Shown: positions 48,738 to 63,395 of the stretch, in pieces
Position numbering within the stretch: the first letter of the stretch is position 1
Layout of the letters: each line of letters begins with the position of its first letter
Assembly: GCA_965285935.1 (NCBI GenBank)
Contig: OZ260662.1
Location: 82,088,001 to 82,152,000, forward strand
From: Ophelia neglecta
Taxonomy: Eukaryota
Reading direction: 5' to 3'
DNA length: 64,000 nucleotides
Notes under the pieces: generated by a model
Told to the model about the DNA's origin: nothing
Seen by the model: the letters and a program-made list of their open reading frames with translations, nothing else
Databases searched by the model: none
Program-made: the position numbers and the translations under genes

Positions 48738-51700
48738 CCACTGGTTTGAAGTTATTGAATTCAACTATGTGTTTTTCCACCTTTTTCCTGCCCCCAAAAA
48801 ATTCACTTTATATTATGTATATCCAAGACCGTTGGCCGTTTAGATTAACATTTTTATTACACCAGATACCTTGAATACCTGTTATTGCTGTGCTTCTACA
48901 CAAGCATACACTGCCACCGGATCACTGCCTTCTCCTTATTGACAGTCGATCACGAACATTGCACAGCAAATAAACCAATTATGACTCAACTTATAGATAT
49001 TTTTATAATGAAACTCAAGTGGGTATTTTTCACTCAGCTATTTTAGCAGCGAGCTTATGCCTGTCGCGGGATTGGCAAATTGTAATCCTGCCCACGCGCC
49101 AATTTGACAATTTTGTATGCTTCCGGTGTACACATTGATCAGCTTCTTCAGCCTGCGGAAGTCCCTTCAGCAAATCGCAAAAAAGAGTGAACAAAAACTG
49201 TTAGATACTCGTAGATAAGGTGGCTTGCATATCGGATCAGTATAAATTAGAAGCTTTGAATCACACGAATTAATATTCCCATTGAAATAAAATAGTGGTT
49301 TTAGAGTGTATTAAATATTCCTTCTATCACCTTATTGTCAGCGAACAGAGTTATTCGGACTAACTACGTTAACACGAATATTTCTCAGCCGTTGAATTTG
49401 ACGTGTGTGTGTATGCAGTGTGGTTTTTTCGAATGCAATCTGCATGCGTTGTCGATGCTCTAAAAATTAAAATGACCCTATTATCTCTTTGAAGTTTGTT
49501 TGCAATAAAGTTAGCGTACTCTAGCTGATTCATTGGAACGGATGCTCTTCCCCCATTCCTCTATCCATTGGCGTCATTGAATTGTGTAAAGTTTAAGGTG
49601 AGAACAGCAGTAAAGTGTGATGTACCGGATACTTCTGGAATATCTAAGCGACATATTTATTATTTATTGGTGCTTGTTATAAATAAAGAATGTTTTATTG
49701 TTTCATTAGCTGTTTGTTATATATTCAGCTGGTATTATTAACTTCCGACATTGAAAGTTACAAAGTCTCAATGCTCTGGAGCTTGACTGAATACATACTT
49801 TATATGTTAGTCTCCTTACTTTGTTGTTAAATTCGTTTACCTCGGCCACGTGCCACAGAACAACATAGAGTAACATCATATAAATTAAGGAGACGGGATT
49901 TGCGCAACAGGTGGGCGAGGCAAGGATAAACCGGATTGGTGACTTCCTGTCTTCCTTATTTGGACGTGGGTGGAGTTGCAAGTCCGGTTCCAGGGCATGG
50001 TTGCCTTGACTCATCGACTTTGCAACATAGCATATTAACATAGTAAAGTGGACCAGACATTTTTTTGTGATTGAACACATGCAACGGCAGTACGGTTGTA
50101 AATTAATTAGCATGAAGCAGACGCCCATGGACCCTAGCAACTGGATGAGCGGAATTAAACCTTTAAAGGCAGTCTTTTATCTGGTTTCTGTTAAAGGCAT
50201 CTCGTCTCTAGTTTGCTAAAAAATATGTGCTGCATTCTAAACGTAATATATGGCATTAGATGATAAATCGTGAGCTAATCAGTGACTGCCATGCCCGATG
50301 TTGGTATTAAAATAATTTAAAGTCGTATTTCGAACGATGTCATTTGAATGCCGTCATACTGCAACACAATCCGAGTCTTGTATCTGGCCAAATACGAACC
50401 TGCCTTATACACCCAAACGTGCTAAAACTGGAACACTAGTAAACGCTACTTAAAATTTGGTAAATCTTTTTTTGTCCTTTTGAAATTCGGACATGCCTGA
50501 CTGGATTCACCTGCTACAATCGATGGATTGCACAGTACTGCAAATAGTCTATTTAAGAGTGCCGTCTGCTAGGATTAAGATTGTTTACCAGTCAAATAAT
50601 ATATATGGTAATGAACTGGAAAAACACTAAATGAGCCAGGACCATGCTAAACAACAGGTTAGATACATATACGACTGTCCAAAGGCAGTAAGTAAAAAAA
50701 ACAACATATTTCAATAAAACTAAAGACTATGAAAATTTATATCTAGGAAAAATTAGGCCCTACTCCACTTATCCATTGACATGACATACATGTGGGTTCA
50801 TAATTATATTTTTCATGAACGTTATCGATCTACCAAAGAGACGGACTTGATGTTTGAGTCCTTTCACGTGATATCTTTCCACTGTGCTTGATGGTGTACT
50901 CGTACATTTCCATGTTTGCCACAAGGGCAGTTTGGAGGGGTTGTCCAATGGACTGAGGGCGAATAGTTATACAACAAACAATTTAAACATACTGTCCAGG
51001 GTGTTATTGGTTTAGGCTGTTCAAAAACAATTGTTATCGTCATATTGTGACTCCGATAAGTAGGAGTTGTTTGTCTATATGTTACCGTTTATAGCCTCCC
51101 CCCTCAACCACCCACCAAACCCATTTGCTATCCAGGGTCAAAAGACAAAATATATAACTGTGGAGGTAACACTTAACCTTGGATATATTAATAGAAATCG
51201 AGGCAGGATATATTTCTCCTCATATAAATATGATACTAGGTTTGGCAATGCTAAAACAAGGGCATTCGATTGGCCTCGCCAAACCCGATTTGGCCATTTG
51301 TGTAAGCCGTCCACTTATGTTTTGGATTAGAACTTTTCAGCAAAATGAAACATTTGAAGAAGACTCAGTCATATTAGATCATATCATACTTTGCATGCCT
51401 GATATAGTCTATCTAAAGTTTTGTATGACTGTTAGAAAAATACAACAATAATATTTATTTTAAAACAAGCTGGATTCATTAGTGAGTGTGGGTGCCCAAG
51501 TTTCGGCTCGTTGCATAATAATAATGTGCTTGTTGGACGTCCTGAATTAAATTCTAGGTAGAAATCATATTTGGAGGTTGGTCCTCTGCTCCATTCGAGA
51601 TACTGGGTGTACATGACCTACATACATGCATGTATGTACACTGAGTTCCCACAGAAATATCATATTGAATACTTATCATCCATGCGACATGTCTATTGCA

Positions 51701-52117
51701 GTGAAGTAATAGTACGCATTATTCGAAATGCACCGAGTCTGAAGTTTGATTTCAGTCATGTCAATTTGAAGTAGGTAATCGCGTATGTTCAAGTAGCTGA
51801 ACCATAGTGTGCTGCACATCTTTAAAATCAGGGATAGATATATCCTCCTACAATCTTTCTGACTATTTGGGACTCTACAGTCTAACAGCATTTTGCACTT
51901 AATTTTACCAAAGTTAAATTGTGTTTTATAACAATTGTATGCTGGTGAAAAGATCATTGTATTCACTTGAGAAAACTTGAAATTTGTACTTCTGTCGGTT
52001 CATTTTAATGTCACTGTGGAGATACAATATACGTATCTCTTGCTCGATATAAATAAAAGCTCCTTGTCGCAGATATTACTTTTTCGTAAGTAAACGTAGT
52101 TTTCCCGAATCATTACC

Positions 52118-55100
52118 ATGGCTGATTCGCAGGCTAAACTGACCAACAAGCAGAAAGAAAAACTATCAGAGGTAAGCCTTCACATGTAATAGGGTTCGCG
52201 CCCTGCAGATCTGGCATTCAATATATGAGCGAAACTTTCAAGTGCATGATTGAACTTCGCACAATCATGGCTAAAACCAGAATTTGGCTTCATTACTATT
52301 GATTATCTAGAAATAATATGTACTTATGTGGTATTTTTGTGTTAAAAAAGTTGTCCACTGGCGGACGTTTTTATAATGGATATCTCTTTAATCGATATTT
52401 TGTTTCAATACATCTCGCAGAAAATACAAAATGTACCTTGCAGGAATAGCTAGACATAAATGATCTATGGTTAGAATTTACTATTGACATCGTCTTGCCA
52501 CGAATGTGTGGGAATTCTAACATCTGGAAGTATTAATATTACTTTTTACCAACATCAAGTATTAAATTGGGCTTCCTTAATATTGAATATTGACTTTTTT
52601 TGATATTATGTAACTGTGAATAAAATTTAAAATTAATAGTCTTGACGATATAGTTCGTTTGTATTGCAACCTACTCATGGCTTATTTCGCCTCGAACTAT
52701 AAATATGTAAAAGCTAGTGATTTATGATTTATATCATGGTCCCATTATTCGCTGATCTACATGGCTTTAGATCTCGGGTAAGTTATCACAAACAGGACTT
52801 CCTAGCCTGCAGAACCAGCTGGCAGGAAGCAGCACTGAATGGAATATTCGGGTAATTTTATTGTTAAAATAGGTTTAAAGTAGTAAATATTGTATTTTCC
52901 TATTCTCACTATACCAGCTTAATAGTGGAGCGTAGTACCGGGCTTTTCGTTTGTAGTGTTACAAGCAGCACCGCTTCTATGTTTGGGAAATCGGCAACTC
53001 ATGTATGGCAGTCAGACCCCCCCCCCCCCCCCCGCCGCCCGTATAAAAGCATTATTCCTTTTGTCGTGTTATGTCATAAGGATCTATAGACATCTTTATT
53101 ATTGTAATTTTTCTTGTTCGTGATAGTCTTGCGATTGGGCACATTGTTTGCAGGTTGTTACTCTAAGAAATAAATCACCCTTTGATGCCAGTAATGTGTA
53201 CGTTTCTTTAAAAGTGATTTTATTGCCATGATAAATTTAAAGAACATCACATTTACATGAAAAATCGTTACATATAGCGCAACTAAATCATGGCAAAGAG
53301 GAATGACACAACGAGGTGTATATCTCCTGCCATCAGGCACACTTTTAATTTCAGTAGAAACAACAGAGTATAAGAAAAAAGTGCAAAATAGTGTGACAAA
53401 AGAGAACATAGTGTACGTTTACAAATGCATAATCAAACGTACATAAATGAACATATATACTAGGAATTAACTAAAATAATGTCGGCCTAAAGTGGAAAAG
53501 ATGGTGCTCAAAAAATACTCTCAGCATTTTTCAAGGACAAAGAACATTTAAGGACTGAATATTGGTTAAGGTCACAATATTTGACTCCTCTGAATCTAAC
53601 TGACCATTGGAAATTGTTAGTTCTTGCCAATGGAATATGAATTTGTTTAGCTTGTCTGGTATTATATGGATCTACATTAAACTTTAAAAGTAAATATTTT
53701 GTGGAACATATCAGGTAGAATTCTAAGCTATTCATAAATGTTATACATGAAAATAGCAATTGCATATATATATTTTGTACATTTAAAATTCGCAGTAGGC
53801 CTACCAGAAATAAAGCATTGCTTAACGTGGAGCGAATTGCGTGAGAATTGTCAATGTCCATACCCCATTACGAGGGCTGTTGGAATTTTGGAGTGAAACA
53901 TAACATTGTAACTTGTTACCGTTTTATGCCTGGCATCTATATTTCGGATGAAGAATACATATGTCATTTTTAATCATTAGCAAGCCTTTTAAACTATCTG
54001 TGTTGATATTATGAATTGATCATCAATAAAATTCTTCCCATGTGATATGTCTGAGTTATTCCATGCATATTATTTGTGTTTTTTTGTTTTTCTTCTTTTT
54101 ATATAAGCATGCTATCTTGTTTCTAATTTTGAGTAATCCCTATAACTAACGATACTCTCTGAATGCACCAATTGGTAGACCCAAGTATAGGTTTCTATGA
54201 GTAAGCTCGGAATAGAACAAGACGCTAAACACTGTAATATAGCAACTGGGCTCACACTTTTTCCTAAATGTTTAACATGCTTTATATAACTGAATATACT
54301 TAGGAAAATACTGGAATTTATGTTACAGTTCAAAGCGAAAGTGGGTGGTATTGTCAAATCAGAACACAGAGACGATGATGCCTACTTGTTAAGATGGCTG
54401 AGAGGTAGGTTTATTTGTTAATGACAGAACTGAATCCAATGATGCTGAAATAAGCCATTAATCACCATGATTCAGAGAAAAATGTCGAACCTCTTGAATA
54501 ATTTTCCGTATATTGTCCTGTGGAATTACCTACATTGACACTTTAAGAAATACTTTTATTTCTAGCTCGAAATTTCGACGTGACCAAAGCTCAGGATATG
54601 CTACAAAAGGTGCATTTATTATTGCGTAATATTGACAGAAAGATTCTTTGATATAGATATTTTTAAAAACTTTGACCGTAATTATATACCTTTTTTCCAT
54701 TCACCGTTAAACAATGTTGAGCAATATTTCTCACACAACGATGTCCAGATATGATTTTATATTTCAATTTGAATGCAACTTTTGTAAACATTAATGCCTG
54801 GTACAGCATATAGTATGGAGAAAAGAATGGGATGTCGATCATATATATGAGTGGGATCCACCTGCAGTTCTTACCAAGTTCTGGCCTGGAGGTGTATTTG
54901 GGTAGGATACTCTTTAATACATCGCACAAAATAGAGATTATATATACGGTTTATACCAAACAATCTCCGTGATATGCCTTCAATATCAGAAAAAGAGGAG
55001 ACGGTTTTGGAGAGAGAAATAGCTCATTTAATTAAGGTTAAATTAAACGATTTAAAAGAAACAGAAAACACGTAAATTGATAGTTTGTATTGAGTAGGTT

Positions 55101-58100
55101 AGTATGTCAATATTTAGTTTTAATAATATTGAGAGTACTTGAAAATATTTAATGGTTTTTATTGCCGGCGAATTGAGAAATAATAAAAAAAACGTGTACA
55201 GATAAAGAATGATATTTTTCTTCTTCTAGTCAAGATAAAGAAGGCTATCCAATCTTCATTGAGCCAATGGGGGCTCTTGACCTGAAAGGTAGTTAATGGA
55301 TTATTGTCGAGAGTTGCATATATACAACACTTCATTAAATGATGTTTAAATGATAACTAATAGCTAACTAACAGGGACCGGATGTACTCATTGATTACTG
55401 ATATTTATTGAACGCTCATATCCTTTTGGCAATGTCACGTTCGAAAGTAAGGAAATAAACTAAACATCCGATACAAATAAGACGAAGGTGGTGACTAAAT
55501 ATATACTGCCTGACCGTTAACATTGACAGCTAAGAATGGATTCAATATACATGTACCTACTTTCATATTGCAAGATGAATACATATAAAGATGAACTTGA
55601 ATATTAGCACAACGAAGGCCCAATCATCAACGATCATGCATACAAAATTATAATTAACACAAGTTAAGATTAGATTTTATTTTTCTGCATTTCTTAACAT
55701 TTATTGTAATTGAGCAATTGAAATACCATTTATAATTAAATGCAGAATGCACAGTGTGGTTTGCAATTGCATAATAACAAAGAAATTAGTTCTCTTAGAC
55801 ACTGGACTATATATTGGAAGTCTGGCGAAATTGTCTTTGTGAATGCCATAGATTCTCTATAAATTCGATTGGTTGCCATGGTACATTATACAGCATTCTT
55901 CCCATAGTGTTCTTACGGCTATAGTTTGGAATAATGTCAGAGTATCATTTAAACAGGATTGATGCTTTCTGCAAAGACAAAAGATCTTTTACGATACACC
56001 ATAAGAATAATGGAAGACATGATGCAAGGAATAGAACTAAAAAAGAAGGAGGTAAGTGAAGTTATCAGAGCTAATACATTGTTAAAACATTTTCAGGTAG
56101 CAGTTATACGTTTAAATTATTATCTCAAGACAATATTGGGCAGCTGTTTCCCCTGGTCAGTGTGCAGGCGGTTTAATTAGTTGGGAAGTAAACATAGCCA
56201 TTTCTTCAAGTAGTATCAATTTTATTTCTGTTATTATTAATTTTATGACAAGTTTATTTACTATAATGAGGCTTGGGATTGACGTCTGTGTTTCTAAAGC
56301 TAACGCATCCTGATGATTCGGACTGATTTAACAGACATTCTCGATCAATGATTTTGTTTTATCTGCCGGGTTTCAACTCCGTTTTTACTTCCGGCAATGT
56401 TATGGATCTTATCGAAGGTCTCACAGTCCACCATTATTGTCACTACAACTCCAGATCAGACGTAGAATCTCCTAGGCACAGATCTCAATACCGCCTTCTG
56501 CCAAACTCGGAATCTGTAATCAGCTTCCAGCTAGATACACTGTGTAATACCGTTTCGGCAATACTATTGAACGACGCATATATTTATGTTCGAAATTGTG
56601 AACGATGTTAGAACAGTTAGTAGTAACCAAGGTTGCCGACCTTGAGCTACATCATGATACTACACATACGTATTTAAACTGATGTGGACTTGATTTTCGA
56701 AGACAATTTCTGAAATATATTCGGCAAGCGCATATTAAGACCCTCGGGTAATATCACTAGTTTCGTGCGAAAATAATCTTTATATTCTTCCATGCAAGCC
56801 AATATTTATCTTCAATTGCATGTGTGATCAGCTTGGTAGTCATATAGACAAGATAGTCGTCATAGAAGACTGGGAGGGTTTCGGCATGAGAGAACTTTTT
56901 ACCCCTGGTAAATATATCTCAAACTGTCCGAGTGAAGCGTTACGATCAAATGATATATTTTAATGATTTAATCTTCAGTTTGTGAACTTCTATTTGCTCC
57001 ATCGATTCATTGTCATTTGTTTTGCTATAGGATTAAAGGAAGTGATGACGAAGTCTTTTGACATGATGGAAAGCAACTATCCAGAAATCATGAAGACTAT
57101 TTTGGTCGTTAATGGTAAAGTGTAAGATTCCTCTTTCCTTTCGTTTGCGTGAGCTTCCATTTTGCCAGTTTATGTTATCAAAGTGTGTTTTTCCGCCATT
57201 TGATGACGGCTGTGGTATATTTTTTACTCCAGCTCCTGGGATCATGCCTGCTTTGTGGACAATGGTCAAACCTTTCCTTAGTGAAGATACAAAAAAGAAA
57301 GTCAACGTTCTTGGAAGTAAACAATTATATTAATTTGTTTGACCTTCTCGAATTTCGCTACAAAAAGGTTTAAATAAAACGTGTATTAAATAGGATACGT
57401 TGCTCAACCAAATACCGAAACAGCATACAGTGCCAGTAGTATAAGGTTCGTTATATATCGTAAAATATAGCTGGACTGCCACGCATACATGTATATTGGT
57501 TCACTACATGTTAATTCACATGTTATAAAATCATTTCATAAGCCGGCCGAGGTATTATTGCATTATGTTTTCCAAATGCCACCGATCTATACTGATTACT
57601 TTATTATATAGATCAACCAAAATATCTAAAAGCTGACACATCTAAAACTTGTGAGACTTACTATTCTCGATCGGTTACATGTCCTTAACATACCAAAGCC
57701 AACTTATATATCAAACTATGGATGCTCACATAACTTTATTTGTGTTCATATGTTTTCAAGAAAACTACCAAGAATCGCTACTCAAGGTGATTGACAAGGA
57801 TCAGCTTCCCAAACATTATGGAGGAACGGCAACCGATCCGGATGGAAACGAATATTGCGTTTCAAAGGTTCCATTTACTATCAAAGAGGCGTTAACAGAA
57901 ATTTTGAGAAAGATAATTATGCTTCTCTTCTGCCTTTAGCGTAAAAGACATAGCGAAAGTTGACACACTACAGTATGTGGCGATTACTGATAAAAATGTT
58001 TATTTTGTCTCTTATCATCACGTCTTTTAAATTTAATAGACATATTAAACGTTTTATTCAGCTAAACCAAGGCGGCAAAATACCAGAAGAATATTACCTT

Positions 58101-58907
58101 ACCGGTGCAAAACTGGTAGATGATCCTAGTAAGGTGACAACAGTAAATGTGAAAAGTGGAGGAAAATTGGATTTAGAATTTAAAGCAAATAAAGGGGATA
58201 CATTGAGGTAATCAAACCCCAGTTTACGATTTTTTTCTCTTTATGTGTGTGTTACGTTTAAAGGTGTGTTTTCTTTGACGATTGAAAAAGGCCAAGAAGA
58301 AACTTCTTACCTCAAGGAAAAAATTATACTATAGGGAGCAAATTAGTTTCAATATAATTAAGTTATCATCCTAAAAAAATCAGTTTTATTTCTTTAATAT
58401 CGTGTTTGTCTTCGTTGAATAGATGGGTGTTTTGGACGGACAAAAGTGACATCGCATTTGGGGTGTTTGTAAAAAAGGACAGTGGGGAGCTAAAAGAAAT
58501 AGAACCTTGTGTCCGATTAGCCTGCCACAAGCTCCCAGAAGATGGCATTATCGAGTGTCCCGAAAATACAACTTGTACATATGTTTTTCCTCAATGATTT
58601 TGTTGGTTGATACTTGATAAGTCCTCATATCATGAGCCTCTGTCTGGCGATTCTTGATGATTTCTGACCGATTTAACGGATTTGTCTTAATTATTGATTA
58701 TGCTTTTTCTGCCCGGTGTCCCTTCTCGTTTTTGTTTAACCCATGGTTGTTTTCATATTATTGACACATGTTGGCATTTCCTATGCAGATGTACTGCGGT
58801 TTGACAACTCCCATAGCCGAATGACGGCTAAGACTCTTCATTACAGTATCGATGTGGTGGAGCTGGACATAGCCCCAGGCTTCGAAGATTTAACCATACA
58901 TTTATAA
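52118..58907 (+). CDS. SEC14L2-like: SEC14-like lipid-binding protein (CRAL_TRIO_N + CRAL-TRIO + GOLD; SEC14L2/retinal-binding-protein type), 13 exons, ~396 aa
   Basis: Exons 52118-52171, 54329-54404, 54566-54609, 54807-54901, 55230-55288, 55957-56051, 56832-56907, 57031-57114, 57233-57316, 57761-57867, 58062-58207, 58423-58574 and 58789-58907 join in frame (1191 nt). Motifs [91 protein letters not shown]. Confidence 0.95.
53510..53800 (-). mobile_element. Degenerate 3' fragment of a CR1/L2-type LINE ORF2 in SEC14-like intron 1
   Basis: The translation [10 protein letters not shown]...[30 protein letters not shown] resembles the HxYxTR...LxxPxxRT...SxxxxGxxxWN tail of CR1/L2-clade RT ORFs. 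Confidence 0.6.
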
Positions 58908-61215
58908 TTGCCATGGAAGTAAATTCGTTAGTATTCTACCTTAGCTGAGTAAATTGTATTCTTACTGAATGGATACCATTTTCATCTGCCTTTCGCATAT
59001 AGATAAGATAACTGTTTCATAATAAATTTAGGGTTTGTTCAATAAAAAAATATTTAAAAAGACCACTATTCAATCACTATGAAAGTACTTGTTAGTGTGC
59101 ACATGTCCATTTTCCCCAAAGCTGTGTTTGTAATAGATGTTTTGTTGTTTTTCGGTTGTTGCAAAATTAAGTAGCTAAAAGCTTATTTGAAATACACTAT
59201 TCTTTCACACAATTTACTTTTTGTGCTATAATTGTTATAAGCTATAAGCTAATTAGTGTAGTTTTAGCTCAAAATCTTGTAATTCTCAACTGAATAATAG
59301 ATGTAATGGTAATTGTTTATTAAATAATACTTTATTTTTAGTAATGATAAAGGACTAAGTAGATTTACTACCAGGGTAGTTTGGTTTGAAGAATTACATA
59401 TCATTGGACAATTGAAACCATATTTACTCTGTGCAACGAAACTTTATTTTAAAGGAAAGGGACCCTTTATCTTGTTCAGAACACACTTGGGCGCTGTAAG
59501 TTGTTCTATATTATATTGTTATATATTATTTGAATTTATCAATTTTAAGGGGTCGCGTCCACCAGGAAATGCAACTGCAGACCGCAAGTTCCCAACTTCA
59601 TGATTTTAGACAAGATGTGAACCAACAAAAATGACAGCACCCGCAACTTCATTCTGCTTTTATATTTGTTAAGAACAGTTGAAGACTCTCATTAACATAT
59701 TGTCTGAAATATTTGGTACTAAAACGAAAGTAAATGGGATAGACAATTCTCTATTCTCCGGCTCTGTGCAACTTTTTTTTTAAATTAACTACCCTGGGAT
59801 AAAATTCCTTAACTAGCTATAAGAACAATACAAACTTTGGTCTATTTTATTTTGTGTATATTTAATTTACAATAGATTAATTGGAACAAGTTTATGGCTT
59901 TATGTTTTATGACTAAGCTAATCACACCAAAAAATTCCCTTTATCATTTGCTTTCATATTTTCATTCTAAACTAAATTAAGAGGGTGAACTTCATTGACA
60001 TGACAGTTGCCCTCTATTCATGGTTGAAGCTTTATGATGAATTGAACATTTGCAATTTATTTCTTGTAGAGGTACCTAACGAGAATTGCTGAAACTGTCG
60101 CTTATACACGTACGTGACAATTGAATAAGAATACTAATTTTATGTGAATAACGTCATAAATTCCTGAAATGTCCTTTGTGTTCATTGAGTGCATGGGCTA
60201 TACGTGTAAAATACGAATTGGCGCGATGCACTGCTTAATTGCTCTATATTTGCTTAACACATTTTTTCAGTAAAGCAAATAAACGTTCGCGTTTTGTATG
60301 CAAAAAATATCTGACGTCTTTCGACAGTAAGTACTCGCCATCAAAAAATACTAAAAATGATCTGTTATGTCCGGTTAAAGTATAAAGCAAAATCTTAACA
60401 GCTTTAACTCAACTTTTTCAGTAAATCCGGAACTGAAACGTTCGTAAAAATCCAAAATTTTCTTGACAAACTCTCCTCACCGACTGCTCCTGTCTCAAGA
60501 AGATGCTGAGTAGCAGAACTCTGTTATCATTCGACCCCAAATGTAAAGATTGTAGTTTCTGTTAAACAAATCACTTTATTGATAAAGAACTCAAAGAATT
60601 TAAAATCTAATTTTTCTGCTATTTTTCCTCAAAAGAGATTACAGTAATTGGTTTATTGAAGAATCGTAGAACGCGTTCGGAATTTGGCGCATCCGAAATT
60701 TTGAAGGTTCGGGATTTTGGGTTGTAAACACAGGATATTTAACTTATAATAAGCGGCTAAACCGAACTGAAATGCTTGGCAATGTTTAGACATATTATCA
60801 TATTTTCAATTGATGTTTAAATAGTCAAGGGACCAAGGAAAGTCGAGGATAAGGTTTTAAAGCCCATGTTTGCGGCCTAAAATGTAAATGATATTATGAC
60901 TACAAGCTTAACTTGGAAACTTACTAATATAATGTATGAAATGGTTGACATGAAAACAAAGTAAAACAAATAAAATTAAAAACAATTAAAGTTGAGAAAA
61001 ACAAATCAAATAATCAGGCACATTACATGAGTTTTTCGTTAAACATTAATTTTGTAAGCTTCTCTTTCATCCAAGTTTGTATAGATACATGGACAACGAG
61101 AGGACATTCCGTCTACCCCCCCCCCCCCCCCCCCCCGAGAACGTTGGCCTTCTAAACCTATCGTTATACAATAGGCCTGACCCAGATTCAACTCGAAATA
61201 CCGTCAGTATTCCAT

Positions 61216-61610
61216 TTATCTTATAGCTTTATAATGGAGAAGGAACTGTGGATTTTGTGGCGAAGCCGATCTGACCCTAACCCGTACCTCCACCACATTT
61301 GTCATAGACACATAGACATTGACTTCTCGTCCTCGAGATCCGCACACTGTAGTACTGCGCACAGCGGAAGTCTCGCGTATGACAGCATACAGTCTACAGA
61401 CCTGGGAGTTGTCCAGCAACGACTGCCAGGGGTTGAAGGAAAAATCAATGAGAGTGATGTTAATGCGCTCTCCAGGTGGCGCCTGAATCATCCAAGGGTG
61501 CTCTATGGAGCCACATCCGGTGTTTTCTGTGATACGGCTCGACAGATATCCCTCCGCTTCGGTCACAAGCACGCGCCCTCTGTAGTCACAACGTGATTGA
61601 GGAATAATCA
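61216..61610 (-). CDS. CUB-like domain exon of a SUEL/Gal_lectin + CUB gene
   Basis: Acceptor TTGCAG| at 61611, phase 1. Translation C...EGYLSSRITENTGCGSIEHPWMIQAPPGERINITLIDF...C..YAVIRE...TVCG...VYVS..NVVEV...FLLHYKA is CUB-like. Confidence 0.85.
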
Positions 61611-61866
61611 CTGCAATATTACAATATATGTATATAACTGATGATACAGGAACATGGAGGTCCCGACTAAATTATGTATTCTTTAAAATTATAAAATTGT
61701 ATAAACCATTGTATATGCTGGTTTTTGGGAAATGGGGTAGGAGGTGGGACTCGGTACATTGAAATTTTTATAAGTACTGTAACAATCGGCATAACTTTTT
61801 TTGTAGTTTTTGCTTTTTTTAACAACATATGCACTCACATATCTACAAATAATGTATACAGTATAC

Positions 61867-62157
61867 CTTTTACACATTTGTAGGCGACCCTCAGGTAAGA
61901 CCTACGGGGTTCAGGACACGGTCTAGCCCATGGAAACGTAGTTTCGTTGACGAATACTTCACACGTTTGACGTCCACCACATAGATTATCCATTTGCGGC
62001 ATGACGTCATTTGCACAACCATGATGGCCGAAATCTTGTCTCACACATCGACCCATCGCCATTTGCCCATACTGGGCTGACGTGATGAATACGACCTCGT
62101 CTTCGGCACATTCAGGCCTGAAGGTCTCCGAGTTACAAAACTCTGTTTCTTCAAACA
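61867..62157 (-). CDS. SUEL-type/Gal_lectin domain exon (copy A), phase 1-1
   Basis: Bounded by TTCCAG| and AAAG|GTATAC; 291 nt. Eight-Cys pattern C..ETF...C..DEVVFITSAQYG..GRC..GC..C.GRQTC..PCP..SYL.V.YKC. Confidence 0.88.
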
Positions 62158-63104
62158 CTGGAAATAAATAAATGGTTAATTTTGCATATTAAGAAGCTTA
62201 TTGTTGTTTTCGGCGTTAAATGGATTTAAATTAGAGAGAAAATTAAACCATCTTAGTGCAATTATGTCACATTGCCAGCCGTAATGAGCTAACAAGTATA
62301 GCCCTATGTCAAAGATAGTATCCAAATTTAAAAAATGTGTAATAAACCATGAATACTTGTTCAAAGACTCAATGTGTCATGAAAGCCCCGCTTAGATTCT
62401 ACACTATGCCGCCCTAGCATTTATTACGGATGTAAGAATGAATTAATAGTCTGAATGGTCAACCCTCTCCTAAACGTGTCCAGGCCAATATTTATCATAT
62501 TGCCTTCCTTTTTTTCACTTTACACATTATGCTTGGTCCTTTTATTGTTCTTTATTATTACATTGCTTTAGGAAGTTAGAAGGGGGCTACCCACTTTATT
62601 GAGTTATTCTGGCACATTCCATCGCAGTCATACCTTTAACTGTCATTATTCTCGACTGGTGGGGTAATTAGCAATAAGAATAACATTTTAATAGTATGGA
62701 ATTCGGCTTTTTAATTTAGACAACTAAGGCATTATCTTGATAAATATCATGTCCAATATATGATTGCGCATTTTCTAACATGCACATTTGAAGTTCTTGA
62801 TATAGGTTCCGAACCAATGACGAGTATTTTATTTACTGGAGAAATATGACATTCTCATTGTTTGCGCTTAGCTGATAAGTATGCTGTGGCTGAGATCGAA
62901 ATACAAAGGGTTTTATCAATTATATCAATTATATCAGACAAACGTAATAAAACAAATATTGGCTTGCGTTCCAGAAGCAATATGGACTCGGTACATTGAA
63001 ATTTTTTATAAGTACTGTAACAATCGGCATAACTTTTTTTGTAGTTTTTGCTTTTTTTAACAACATATGCACTCACATATCTACAAATAATGTATACAGT
63101 ATAC

Positions 63105-63395
63105 CTTTTACACATTTGTAGGCGACCCTCAGGTAAGACCTACGGGGTTCAGGACACGGTCTAGCCCATGGAAACGTAGTTTCGTTGACGAATACTTCAC
63201 ACGTTTGACGTCCACCACATAGATTATCCATTTGCGGCATGACGTCATTTGCACAACCAAGATGGCCGAAATCTTGTCTCACACATCGACCCATCGCCAT
63301 TTGCCCATACTGGGCTGACGTGATGAATACGACCTCGTCTTCGGCACATTCAGGCCTGAAGGTCTCCGAGTTACAAAACTCTGTTTCTTCAAACA
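63105..63395 (-). CDS. SUEL-type/Gal_lectin domain exon (copy B), phase 1-1
   Basis: Duplicate of 61867-62157 with the same splice sites and one His/Leu difference (62022 vs 63260). The gene's 5' exons lie beyond the window. Confidence 0.85.

Noticed and set aside
49706-50140. 144-aa minus-strand ORF
   Set aside because: Non-ATG start, no domain signal and no convincing splice context.
59995-60050. Minus-strand GNC peptide as a possible downstream exon of the lectin-CUB gene
   Set aside because: In-frame stop three codons upstream, and no other conserved Cys/Trp pattern.
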